Assembly (NCBI RefSeq): GCF_009914755.1
Contig: NC_060948.1
Source of the DNA: the human T2T-CHM13v2.0 reference genome, Homo sapiens
Direction: 5' to 3' (one strand)
Length of the DNA: 64,000 nt
The notes beneath the pieces were generated by a model. The model saw only the letters and a program-made list of their open reading frames with translations, searched no databases and had not been told where the DNA came from. A program made the translations under genes and the position numbers. Within the stretch, counting starts at the first letter, position 1. Each line of letters starts with the position of its first letter. This document shows, one piece after another, positions 1-13,050 of this stretch.

Positions 1-25
1 GCATCTGTATCAATATATATATCTT

Positions 26-187
26 AGTCAGGCATGGTGACATGCACCTGAAGTCCCAGTTACTTGGCAGCCTGAGGCAGGAGGATTGCTGGAGACCAGG
101 AGGTCATGGCTGAAGTGAGCCATGATTGCACCACTGCACTCCAGCCTGGGCAACAACACAAGACCCTGTCTTAAAAAAAAAAAAAAA
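26..187 (+). mobile_element. Alu right-arm/FRAM-like fragment (AluJ-age)
   Basis: GAGGCAGGAGGATTGC...CCACTGCACTCCAGCCTGGGCAAC...AGACCCTGTCT followed by poly(A). Confidence 0.85.
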
Positions 188-189
188 TT

Positions 190-690
190 ATATTGCCTGG
201 TGTATATTTACAGATTATTGTATATATTATAAACATATATAAATATTATATATTTAAATATATTATATACCATGTAGAGATACATAAATATATATAATCA
301 ATCTTATATATGTTATATGGTATATACACAATTCAGCAGGGTTCAATGTCAAAATTGTTCCAATTTGGTGACTCATGAAGACTTGCTTGTGGTTGGTAGG
401 ACCAGAGCTTACTCTTTGTGATACATATATTGTATATGTATGTACCATATATAATAACATATGGCATATATATTATTACAATGTACATATTGTAATAATA
501 TATGGTATATAAATACATATGCTATATATATTATTACCATATATTATTCTTACAATAATATATATGGTATGTATTATTATAGTATACATATTATATGTGG
601 TATATGTATATTACATATTATATACCACATATCATATATAGCATGATGTACATTATGTTTATCAATAAGCATTTTATATATAATATATGA
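190..690. repeat. AT-rich (TA)n-like low-complexity tract
   Basis: degenerate TATA/TACA repeats; a ~90-bp non-repetitive island at ~323-420. Confidence 0.85.
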
Positions 691-696
691 AGATGT

Positions 697-1016
697 ATTT
701 ATTTCAAGGAATTGGCTTACTGAGTTATAGGGGCTGACATGTTGAAAATCCGTATAGCAGCAGTCTGGTGGCCTGGAAACTCACATAGGGACTGGTGTTG
801 CAGTCAGTAGACAGAATTCCTTCTCTTCCAGAATATCTCAATTTTGGTTTTAAGATCTTACAACTGATTGCTTAAGACCCATCCCATAATGAAGGATCAC
901 CTCCTTCACTTAAAGTCTACTGTTTGTGGATGTTAACTACTCTACAAAACACCTCACAGTAACAGCTAGTATTTGATCAAACTGCTGGATCTGATTGCTT
1001 AGCCAAGTTAACACAT
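697..1016 (-). mobile_element. MLT2B-like ERVL LTR fragment
   Basis: AAGGAATTGGCTTAC...; ends CTTAGCCAAGTTAACACA, the reverse complement of the MLT2 5' end. Confidence 0.65.
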
Positions 1017-1101
1017 TATGGGCTAAGTTGTGCACTCCCAAATTCATGTCTTGAAATCCCAACCCTCAGTATCCTAGAACATGACAGTATTAGGAGATAT
1101 A

Positions 1102-1760
1102 TTCAACCCATGGAATCGTTGGGGGATAGGTTCCAGAACCGCCCCCCCACCTCCGGATAACAAAATCTACGAATGCTCAAATAACCTTACGCAAAATGGT
1201 GTAGTATTCGCAATTAACCTACAGACATCTTCCTGTATACTTTAAATCTGAGGTCCTCAACTCTCAAACCATGGACTGATATCAGTCCTGTGGCCTGTTA
1301 GGAACTGAGCCACATTAGCAGGAGGTCGCGGCAGACGAGTGAGCGTTATTACCTGAGCTGCACCGCCTGTCAGATCTATTGCAGTGTTAGATTCTCACAG
1401 AAGCATGAACCCAATTATGAATTGTGCATGCAAGGGAGCTACATTGTATGCTCCTTATGAGGATGAAATGATAAATGTAATGCGCTTGAATCATCTCAAA
1501 ACCATCCCCTCATCCCCCAGCCCTACATCTGTGGAAAAACTGTCTTCCACAAAACCTATCCCTGGTGCCAACAATGTTGGGGATCACTGCTTTAAATCAT
1601 TCCTATATAGCTGATTTCCTCTGTTGTTTGAGAATAACAGGGAAAAAAAAGTATGTATGTGTTGAGTGCAGACACAACCATCCACTTTTTTCCTGTATAT
1701 TTTCAAATAGCAGTTGGTTAAATCCATAGATGCAAAACCAACAGATATGGAGAACTGACT
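1102..1760 (+). mobile_element. MER2 (TcMar-Tigger MITE), interrupted by MER1
   Basis: GGGGGATAGGTTCCAGAACC...CAAAATCTACGAATGCTCAA...TATACTTTAAATC; resumes at 1590 with ...GGTTAAATCCATAGATGCAAAACC...GACT. Confidence 0.8.
1248..1589 (+). mobile_element. MER1 (hAT-Charlie) element, internally shortened MER1A-like
   Basis: GTGGCCTGTTAGGAAC..., ends CCTGGTGCCAACAATGTTGGGGATCACTG; perfect 8-bp TSD CTTTAAAT at 1240-1247 and 1590-1597. Confidence 0.85.
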
Positions 1761-1851
1761 AGTGTGTTTAAAGAGATATTTAAGGTAAAATAAAGTCATT
1801 CGGGTGGTCCTTGATCCAACAAGGCTGATGTTCTTATAAGAAGAAAAAATT

Positions 1852-2344
<493 letters not shown>

Positions 2345-2646
2345 CTAGCAAACTAATGGAACAAAATAAAATAGAAAAATATGAACAAAATACAACAGAA
2401 AAATATGCTCAAAATACAAAAGAATGTGGGCTGGGAAACTTAAAATATATCCAGAACATTTACCACAAAGGAATAAAGACTGCCCTGTTGAGGGTGACAG
2501 AAAAATATATACATTTAAATAAATAAAAATGCTTTTTTCCCCATAAATACCAAAATGCAAAACAAAATAACGGTGGGGCTTCCATATTTTTAAACTTCCA
2601 ATTTGTAGCAATCCAAAAGATGGATAAGGAATAGGAAGCACTTTTC

Positions 2647-2647
<1 letters not shown>

Positions 2648-2685
<38 letters not shown>

Positions 2686-2890
2686 TTATTATACTTCAAG
2701 TTCTGGGGTACATGTGCAGAACATGCAGGTCTGTTGCATAGGTATACACGTGCCATGATGGTTTGCTGCACCCATCAACCCGTCGTCTACATTAGGTATT
2801 TCTTCTAATGCTATCCATTCGTTACCCAGCTAGCCCCCGACAGGCCCCAGTGTGTTTTGTTCCCCTTCCTGTGTCCATGTATTCTCATTC
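2648..2890 (-). mobile_element. L1PA (PA7/PA8-like) 3' end with (TTTA)n tail
   Basis: TTATTATACTTCAAGTTCTGGGGTACATGTGCAGAAC...GCTGCACCCATCAAC; tail is a (TTTA)n STR at ~2649-2688. Confidence 0.85.
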
Positions 2891-4257
2891 TTTTAAATAG
2901 TGACTGAGAATCAGGCAGCCCCTTGGGAGGGAAATCTGGGAGAACAGACCCAAGGTTAAGAGACACACAGCCCCTGACCCAGCACGTACTTCCACTTCAA
3001 GGAATACATCCGGAGAGATGCATTTCCACATCACAGAGAGATATATGCTGAAAGGTGTTTTCACTGCATAATTGCTTTGAAATATCACAAAAACTAGGAA
3101 AAAAAAAAAAACCTAAAATGGCTGTTGACAGAAGTTAGCTAAATCACAGTAGTTCAGACACTGAATGGTAGGCAGCCATGAGAAAGATCGCTCACGCATA
3201 TGCAAGTACGTGCATGTTTGTTGTTGGGGGAAGGTTAGTGGGTGAGTAAATGTATGTGTGAATGAGTCTATTTCCAGATGGTTACTGGAGAAAGCTGTAA
3301 CAGCAACAATCTCAGACAGCAGTGCTCAGAATCTGTTCTTCAAGGACAATTGACTCTTGTTTGTACATCTTTTCATATACTTGCAATTTTTTCTCCATAT
3401 GTGCTCCAATTTTTGGTTAAAATCATTGATTAAATATTCATGAATGCCTCATTTCTGTTAACATAGTGCTACATTGGGCCCTATTCTTAAAAATAATCAT
3501 GTTGATACTATACACAAGTGGCTTGTAAAACATTGTAAGATAAAGATTAATAATGAATTAATTTCTAGAAAAAAACAAATATGCCAGCCTTTTCTTGAAG
3601 CTATAAAATATCTTTGAAACAGTCCCAACTCAAGATTATCAGATATAATTTCCATCTTTTACATGCATTCTGAAGGCTGGTTACGATTCACCATATCCAA
3701 GCAGACTGTTATATAAAAGTTGACTTAGTTACTGAGCACATCACATCTTACATCTGTGTTTTGTGCTTATAAATACAGAAGGAATCCTTTGCAGTAATAA
3801 AACTATGGACCATAAACTGTGCATTCAATAGCTACAAAGAAGAAAAACCTCTGACCTTAGAGTCATAGTTTTCTATCCAGGTTCTAAAAGTTTTGGAAAA
3901 GATGATGACATGCTTAAAGTATTCTCCAAATGCCAACAATGTTCATTGCTGCCTCTAAGCAGACAGACTGTCATCGTTAAGAACACTTCTGAGAAGCTCA
4001 CAGAAAAGACAGTACCTGATATTTATTTAATCGTTCTACAATCAAATTAGCTGCAGTTTCTTCTGCAGAACTCAGGTCATCTGACAGCTTGATGATGCAG
4101 AAGCAGAATGCTTCTTTCAAATACTGAGCCAGCTTTTATTGTGGGATTGAGTCACTGTTTGGTCATGTTTTGAGCATCCCTAATATCCCCAATATGCCAC
4201 CCCAAAAGGCACTAAACTTAGAGCTGTGAACTCTAGTGCCTATTCTATGATGAACTA

Positions 4258-4667
4258 TGTTTCTGGGTGGAATTGTGGCCACAAAAAAAATTCATATGCT
4301 GAAGATCTGCTACTTCCTACCTTCTCAGAATGCGACTTTATTTGGAAATAGAATCGTTGTGGATGTATTTAGTTAGGTTGAGATGTGGTCATTAGGGTGG
4401 GCCTTAATCTAACATCATGGGCATCTTCATAGAAAAAACAAATTTGGAGAGAGGCATACCAATAGGGAGAATGCCACATGAAGATAAAGACAGACATTGA
4501 GGCACAGATAGTGCTTGTATAAGTCAAGGCATGCCACGGATTGACAGAAAGCTACCAGCAGTTAAAAGAGAGGGGTGAAACAGATGATTGCTCATTGAAA
4601 GGAAACAGTGCTGGCCCTACCTGGATTTCAGACTTCTACCCCCAAGAATGATAAGACAATACATTTC
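4258..4667 (+). mobile_element. MLT1C-like MaLR LTR
   Basis: CTCAGAATGCGACTTTATTTGGAAATAG, AGGGTGGGCCTTAATC, GGATTTCAGACTTCT. Confidence 0.7.
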
Positions 4668-5043
4668 AGCCAAGGCTTCTATCTAACTCCTGAACTTGTA
4701 CTAACTTTTTATATGGACAACAATAAGGAAGGGGACATTAGTTTACCCAGTATGGACAGAACATCTGAACTGCAGAAAGAGGTTAAAGAGGTTAAACACA
4801 AAAGATTTCAAGAGAGATATGCTAACCCTATTTCGAGGAATGAGGTTTGGTCAGAACATAAACTTGGAAGTGAAAATTGAGGTTTAAAAGTACCCTATGA
4901 ACAAGACTTCTGAAGTTGGGAAATTACCGTTAACAATCTCCAGAAGAAAATTATGCTCCTCAGATAGGAATTAAAATGTGCCCTCTCAGTGGGGTTTCTT
5001 TTTTATAAACCCAATGTATCATTTGTTTAAATATTTTCTTATT

Positions 5044-5545
5044 GATTTATTTTTTAGTAATTTTCTTTTTTAAATAATTTCAAATTTTATTTTAGAATCA
5101 GGGGAGTATATGTGCAAGTTTGTTACCTGGTATATTGTGTGATGCTAAGGTTTGGTGTAGAAATGATCTCCTAACCCAGGTACTAAACATAGTATCCAAC
5201 AGTTTTTCAGACCTTGCCCTACTCCCACCTTCCTCCCTCTAGTAGTCCCCAGTGCCGATTTTTCCCATCTTTATATCCATATCTGCAGTGCTTAGCTCCT
5301 AAAAGACACATGCAATTTGTGTGTTCATAGCAGAGCTATTCACAATAGCAAAGACATGGAGTCAACCTAGGTGCCCATCCACAGTGGCCTGCATAAAGAA
5401 AACATGGCCTATCTATGCCATGGAATAATACACAGACATAGAAAAGAAGGAAATCAAGTTTTTGCAGCAACCTGGATGCAGGGAGAGTTGATTATCCTAA
5501 GCAAGTTAACACAGGAACAGAAAACCAAGTACTGCATGTTCTTAA
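5044..5545 (-). mobile_element. Old L1 (L1PA15/16 or L1PB-like) 3' fragment with 5' inversion
   Basis: minus-strand 3' UTR ~5044-5300 joined to a plus-strand segment 5301-5545 (ATTCACAATAGCAAAGACATGG...GCATGTTCT); candidate TSD ATTTTCTTATT at 5033 and 5550. Confidence 0.75.
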
Positions 5546-5879
5546 TGAGATTTTCTTATTTCCCATAAACACAATTTTAGAATATGCATGAGGCAACATT
5601 TGTAATTCAGGTATGCTAATTTCTCCCCTTGGGAAAAAGTAGGGTATAAAACAAGATATAATCAGGAGGTCTCAGACATAAAGGTCTCCATTCCCATGCT
5701 ATGTGTCATCAAATGGTCAACCATGAGCTCTAACACAGGAATCTTAGGCTATCCTGTCAGGCCAGGCATCTATTGGGCTGCTCCTGATCTAATCCTTCCT
5801 GTACCCCACCAAAGCACATTCTAATCTAAAATACTATATAACATGACTATAAACAGTTGAGAGTGACAATATGTAAAAA

Positions 5880-6317
5880 TGTTATGCGGGTCCGTGTGAA
5901 GAGACCACCAAACAGGCTTTGTGTGAGCAATAAAGCTTTTTACTCACCTTGGTGCAGGTGGACTGAGTCTGAAAAAGGAGTCAGCAAAGGGGGATGGGGT
6001 GGGGCAGTTTTCTAGGATTTGGGTAGGTAGTGGAAAATGACAGTCAAAGCGGGTTGTCTCTTGCAGGCAGGGGTGGGGGTCACAGGTGCTCTGTGGGGAG
6101 TTCCTCAGACTCATTGTCTGGGAGAAGGAATACCACAAGTTCAATTGATCAGTTAGGGTGGGGCAGGAACAAATCACAATGGTGAAATGTCACAGTTAAG
6201 GCAGGAACTGACTATTTTCCCTTCTTTTGTGGTTCTTCAGTTGCTTCAGGCCATCTGGATGTATACATGCAGGTCACAGGGGTTATGATGGCTTAGCTTG
6301 GGCTCAGAGGCCTGACA
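5880..6317 (-). mobile_element. HERV-H solo LTR (LTR7 family)
   Basis: reverse complement begins TGTCAGGCCTCTGAGCCCAAGCTAAGCCATC and ends GGTCTCTTCACACGGACCCGCATAACA; flanks AAAAA/AAAAG. Confidence 0.9.
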
Positions 6318-6759
6318 AAAAGAGATGACTTTAAACAGGTTTCTAGGTAAGTGTGTCCTGAAATTCCATGCTCTGGGGACCTGGAGAAATTCCCTCTCTG
6401 GGACAAATTGGCCCTTTCTGTGGCTGTGAAAAATGTGCTTCTCATTTCCTTGACTCCAGGGAATGATATTTACTGAGAGCCCAAGATGCTGGGCTTTGAA
6501 ATCCATCACCTAGTTAGCAACTTGCCTATTCTACCTAGAGACTTAATCCCTCCAGTGACTGAGGATGGCTGGGACACCTAGGTGAGTCCTTTACTGGAGA
6601 CTCAGGACTCATGATGGCCAGTATTGGCTGGAGTTCTACCAGATCAGCATTCACAAACTTCCTGCTCCCATCCTCTTTCCTTTATGGGAATTCAGAGTAG
6701 CATTGAGCTCTCTGTTGTCATCTCCCAGGCTCTTTGGGCTGGCAGGAAATCTCATCCAG

Positions 6760-7322
6760 AACATGATTTCATTCTTTTTTATGGCTGTGTAGTATTCCAT
6801 GATGTAGATGTAACACAATTTCTTTATGCAGGTCACTGTGGATGGGCACCTAGATTGATTTTGTATCCTGAGACTTTGCTGAAGTTGCTTATCTGCTTAA
6901 GGAGACTTTGGGCTGAGATGATTGGGTTTTCTAAATATATAGTTACGTCATCTGCAAACAGAGACAATTTGACTTCCTCTATTCCCATTTGAATAACCTT
7001 TATTTCTTTCTCTTGCTTGATTGCCCTAACCAGAATTTCCAATTCTATGTTGAACAGGAGTGGTGAGAGAGGGCATCTTTGCCTTGTGCCAGTTTTCAAA
7101 GAGAATGCTTCCAGCTCTTGCCCATTCAGTATGATATTGGTTCTGGGTTTGTCATAAATAGCTCTTACTATTTTGAGATATGTTCCATCAATACTTAGTT
7201 TATTCAGAGTATTTAGCATGAAGTGGAGTTGAATTTTGTCAAAGGATTTTTCTGTATCTATTTAGATAATTGTGGTTTTGTGATTGGTTCTGTTAATGTG
7301 ATGGATTATGTTTATTGATTTT
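6760..7322 (-). mobile_element. L1 fragment: ORF2 RT segment joined to a 3'-terminal L1 segment
   Basis: ORF 6833-7219(-) ...[15 protein letters not shown]...LFADD...SKVSGYKIN is LINE-1 RT; 6760-6860 comes from near the end of ORF2. Confidence 0.85.
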
Positions 7323-7749
7323 TAAAAATCCAAAAATTGAGTTTTTAAAAAAATGTTTGCAGCATTTGAATGTCCCCTTTTCTCCTTTCTAGTCATGAAT
7401 CTTTAAAAAAAAAATGAGGTTTCTGTTTTGGTGAAGGTATAAGCTTCCCAAGGAATTGGTATATCTTTCTATTTGCAAAGAATGTCTGCCTGTGTCTAAT
7501 GAATGTACTTGACTCTTTTAGGATATTTTTCAGGATAAAAGAAACATGAATATGTCAGAATAGCTGAATATAAATTTTTTTCAAAAAAATTATTTGAGTT
7601 GTAGAATAAATGATAGAGCTGAAGAGAAAGTAAGAGCTCAGGAGAAAACCCAGTCTGGTTTACATATTTTCCTTTTCTTTTCTTTCCCTTTTTTCAAGTT
7701 CACTCCTAAGCTGTCCCACATACATATTTTTAGGTAAAAAGCTAGAATT

Positions 7750-8105
<356 letters not shown>

Positions 8106-8398
8106 GAATATGTCACAGATATCAAAGAATCATAGTAGGTTACAGAAGAATGGCAGTATGTGACTTTCTCTGGCCTAAGGACTCAGTTTAGAAATAATAC
8201 TAAGACTCAGAGGGGTCAACTGGCTTGCCAAAGATTACAAAATTAATGGGAAAACTAGGATGAAGACTCAAATCTCAGTACCAGGTTGATGACTTTTGTG
8301 TGTGTGTTTGTGTGTGTGTGTAAATTTATCAGCTATTTTATCCTTACTACTAATCTCCTACTATTATAGAGTTTCTCTTGTTTATTATTCACAGGGTC

Positions 8399-9034
8399 TG
8401 TGGTGGACCCAGGCTAGGGAAGTCCCCATGATTCAGTGGTTCATATACACGTCCTTCCCCTTCAACATAGGCAGGAATAGTGACTTTCATCTAGCCAAAA
8501 CATGGCAAAGCTGAAGAGAGTTTTATTAGATGTAATTTATATCCTGAATCAGTTGATTTTGAGTTGTCTGCTGTGAAGATTATGATGGGTGAGTCTGATT
8601 TAATCAGGAGAAAGGCCTAAAAAAGACTGATCTCTCACTGAGGTGAGAGATGCTCTTTGAAGGCCTGATGAAATAAGAGGCCATATTGGAGAAATTCAAG
8701 TAGCAAGGAAGAGTGAGTGTCCTCTGTGGAGTATGGGTAGCTTCTATTACCCAATTGTTGCCTCTAATCAAGAGGTAGTACAACTGGGAGTCTCCAGACA
8801 CATAGCTGAAAGGAAATAAATTCTATCAAATGAGTTTGAAAATAGCCCCCTCCACATATAAGCCTCCAGATGAGAACACAGCCTAGCTACCCCCTTGATG
8901 GCAGCCTATTGAGAACTTGAGCAGAGGACCCAGCTAAGCCATACCTACACGACTGACTTACAGAAACTATGAGATAATAAACATATGTTGTTTTAGTCCT
9001 CTGTGTTATTACAAAACAGTAGTAAACTAACACA
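8399..9034 (+). mobile_element. MLT1E/F-like MaLR LTR
   Basis: AATCAGTTGATTTTGAGTT, AGCCTCCAGATGAGAAC, GAGGACCCAGCTAAGCC, ends AAACTAACACA. Confidence 0.7.
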
Positions 9035-9321
9035 ATATCTGTTCCCAAATGTTCAGCAAATGTAGCAGGTTGATAATTGATCACTTATAACAGTGGAAGC
9101 ATTTATTAATTTTTTAAAGACTCTCAGTCAAGCAAAGTGGTTTGGGAGAATTAATAAATCAAGCAGCATTGAGTGAAAATTTAAATAATGCTGTTATTAT
9201 GCATTAGTCGTCTAACATTTGTTTGTATTTGTTAATTTTCTTGTTTGATCTATTTAGTTTGAACAAATGATTTCCTTTTAAAGAATTAACTAACATGGGC
9301 ACCAATAAAAAATGTGAATGA

Positions 9322-9620
<299 letters not shown>

Positions 9621-10451
9621 AAAAAATGTGAATGAATAATAAAGTGTTAATAATGTTTATAAGAACTATGAGGCATATTGGAATAGTTCTTTTTTTTTTT
9701 GAAATTGCAATGTTGAATGTTAGATAAGTGAAGGAGAGCAATCTATTTTTCTACATTTGGATTAGAAGTCAGAGCAAGAGCATACATGAGCATTTGATGA
9801 CCAGCAGTTCCAAAGCTAAGGTCTTATAAAAAGTCTTCTATGCCTGGATGATATCTTAGTATCCATTCCAGCAGGGTGGATTCTGTTAGTTCATATAAAG
9901 GCCACAACATGTTTATAAAAAGCCTTTTGGCATTGTTAAATAAAAGACAGAGAGACAAAAAATCTGTGTTAACTTCAAAAATCAATAAATTGCTGAGGTT
10001 TGCAGGTGAGCGTAAACAGCACATAATTAGAAAGATCTTGGGAGATGAAGGATCTAATATTCAAACCTGTTGTGCAATCAACAGAAGGTCAAATGTTCTG
10101 AAAGCATGTATCCTTAAGGTAAATATCCTAAGTTGTGCTCCACATTTTGTCTTGGGATAGAAAAAAATAATAACTAAGAAACATGAATCTCTGAGCATGA
10201 TCAGTTCTTTGAAGAAGAACAACAACAATAATTTTAGGTATTTTTTTGACATATATATTCCAATTTACTCACTCTGATTAGTCATCACATGAATAAAATG
10301 TTAATTTATTAAATCTCTTAACCCTTAATATAGAGGGCTGTTAATTGCTTTAATTAATACATGAGCATATTGAGTCAGAGATAAAGTTTATTTGGATTCA
10401 GAACCAGACCCTTTAACTCTACACCACACTGACATTATAATAGAATTAGAT

Positions 10452-11297
10452 GTGTATTAGTAATTCTTGCTGTGTAACAAATTACCCCCAAAACATAGCA
10501 CCTTATGACAACCACTACTGATTATCACAGTTTCGGCAGATCAGGGACCTCAGCATGGCTTAAGTGGGTGTAGAGCTCAGGGTCTCACAAGCATGCAGTC
10601 AAGATGTTGGCTGGTTATGTTCTTATCTGGAGATTCAAAGAAGGAAGAATCTGGTTCAGGTATAGCCAGGTTGTTGGCAGAATTAAGTTACTTGCAGCTC
10701 CAGGACTGAGAGTTCTGTCCATTTCTTGCTGCCAAAGACCAGTTCCCCATCTTAGGTCATTCTCAGCAGCTTGAGAGTTGGGCCTCTCACCCTGATGACT
10801 GACTGCTTCAAAGTCAGCAAGAGAAGGAATCTAGCAAGAGTCTGCTGGCAAGATTGAGTTTTATGTAGCAGAAGGTAAACAATACACAGAAGTCACATCC
10901 CACGATCTTGGACACAACCAAAGAGTGTATCATCATACACAAGGGTGTGAACACCAGAAGGTGAGAGGCATTGAGGGTCACTTTAAAGTCTACCCACTAC
11001 AGCCAAGAGGACATGTGGGCTTCTCCAATATGGCTGCTTATGTCATTGAGCCCACAAGGAGAACCTTTCCCTCTGCTGAAGTTAGACCTGCCCAAGATAA
11101 TCACCCACTGGATTTACTTAAAATCAACTAATTTGGGATCATTAATTGCATCACAATTTTTTTCACCTTCTCTATATTCTGCATAACTAGAAGTAAGGCA
11201 CAAGTCCTACCAAACTCTATGGGAGGGAATGGCACACAGGTCTGGACACCTCTATGGGGACCATTGGCATCACCTTAGAAATATATTGTCTATCACA
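10452..11297 (-). mobile_element. MLT1E/F/G-like MaLR LTR fragments (probably two adjoining pieces)
   Basis: TGCTGTGTAACAAATTACCCCCAAAAC, GGTTGTTGGCAGAATT, CCCAAGATAATC...AAATCAACT. Confidence 0.6.
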
Positions 11298-11299
11298 AT

Positions 11300-13050
11300 A
11301 TATTTGAAATGCTTATGCACAAGTTCTAAAAATATAGAATTCTAAACAAAATTATCATTGGCAACTATTTATAAAAGAAAGAAAGATGTTTTTCAGGCAT
11401 AAGTGACCCCAAAACTGTTTCATTTAGAACTTTATACAAACAATATGAAAGGATATACTTTATCATAAATATAAATAAAATGAAATAAATAGGAAGTTCT
11501 ATGTGTCAATGTGCAAGATAAATAAGGGCCACTATGAGCCATGTTGTTAAATCTATTAATTAATGTTAATTGTAACTATAATGTTAACATAATATTAAAA
11601 TGTTATTCCAAAAAGTAAGCTGCAATAGAAATATTAAAATCAATAAGGGATGAGATGTAAGGAAGGGCCTTCACCAGGTTGGGTACATTAATACAATTAT
11701 CTCATGCAGAAAGAGGATAAAAGCTATGAAGTTTACTAGAAAGTTAGAAAATCTGAATATTTTAAAGAGCAAGTGGAAAAAGTAAGGAAGCTAAGCCAAC
11801 AATGAATAGCATCCCCAGAGGCCAGAAAATAAGAAGAAAAAAAAGAAGTCAGCTAAAGGTCAGGGTTAAAAAATGGAAAATACAATTGAGATAGTAGAAA
11901 TATGCCCATTTATCTGTTATCACACTAGACATGAAAAGCTAAACTTCCCTATTAAAATGGCACAGACACTCAGGTTGAATTAAAACTAAATAAAATGATA
12001 ATCCAGCTTTAAACTATTTAATAGTGATACATCTACGAAAACTTTTTGAAAATAATGGAAATGAAACTTGCATACCATAATAGCAATAACCAAAATTAAG
12101 TTGATTGCAATAGAATTGAAGACAAAAGTAAGTAACAAAAGTTTAGGAATTTAATATCATAAGAAAAACATGCCATCAGATATCCATAATAATCAAAAAC
12201 TCATTACATTGTGACTAAGAAGAGAGTGGTTTTTTTTGTTTGTTTGTTTTTTGTTTTGAGACAGAGTCTGGCTCTGTCACCCAGGCTGAAGCGCAGTGGC
12301 ACAATCTCAGCTCATGCAACCTCTGCTCCTTCGGTTCAAGTGATTCTCCTGCCTCAGTTTCCCAAGTAGTTGGGACTACAGGTGTGCCCATCATGTCTGG
12401 CTAATTTTTGTATTTTTAGTAGAAATGGCATTTCACCATGTTGGCCAGACTGGTCTCGAACTCCTGACATAGTGATCCACCTGCCTAGGCTTCTCAAAGT
12501 TCTGGGATTACAGCTGTGGGCAGAAGAGAATCTTTATAAATAAGTAAATAAACATATGTGTGTGCATGTGTGCATCTAAGTATTATATATAGTATGTATA
12601 GTATAGTAGTATAGTATACTATAATATGCTATAGCATAGTATAGTACAGTGTAGTATGTATAATAGTATATATGTGTGTACATATATATATATATATATA
12701 TATGCACATAAAATGACAGAATCACTAAAAGATATTTTAAAACCATATCTGTAGTGGAAGACTTGAATGAACCTTTGTCAAGTGTTGATAGAGAAAGCAG
12801 AACTCTCTTCCACCAAAAAAAAGAGAGTGAAAAGGATACAACGTATAATGTAGTAATTAACAAACTTCATCTGATTGATATATCAATATGTATCACAAAA
12901 AGACATTATGTGTTATTTTTCAGGCATCTAAATTATTTTGAAATATTAACCTGTGATGCAGACAAAATCTCAAAAATTCCATAGCCAAATTCATAGAGAC
13001 AACATTCTCTGGCTATTGTGCAATTATACACCAACAATAAAGGAATATAA
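11300..13050 (+). mobile_element. Highly decayed L1M fragments (5' ORF2/endonuclease region), interrupted by Alu and (TA)n
   Basis: A-rich strand; CTAAACTTCCCTATTAAAA...AGACACTCAGGTTGAAT; GGAAGACTTGAATGAACCTTTGTCAAGTGTTGATAGA. Confidence 0.5.
12229..12520 (-). mobile_element. AluS
   Basis: poly(T) then GAGACAGAGTCT...TTCACCATGTTGGCCAG. Confidence 0.85.

Noticed and set aside
2649-2688. Naming this and other STRs as specific DYS forensic markers
   Set aside because: I cannot verify primer or flank identity without a database.
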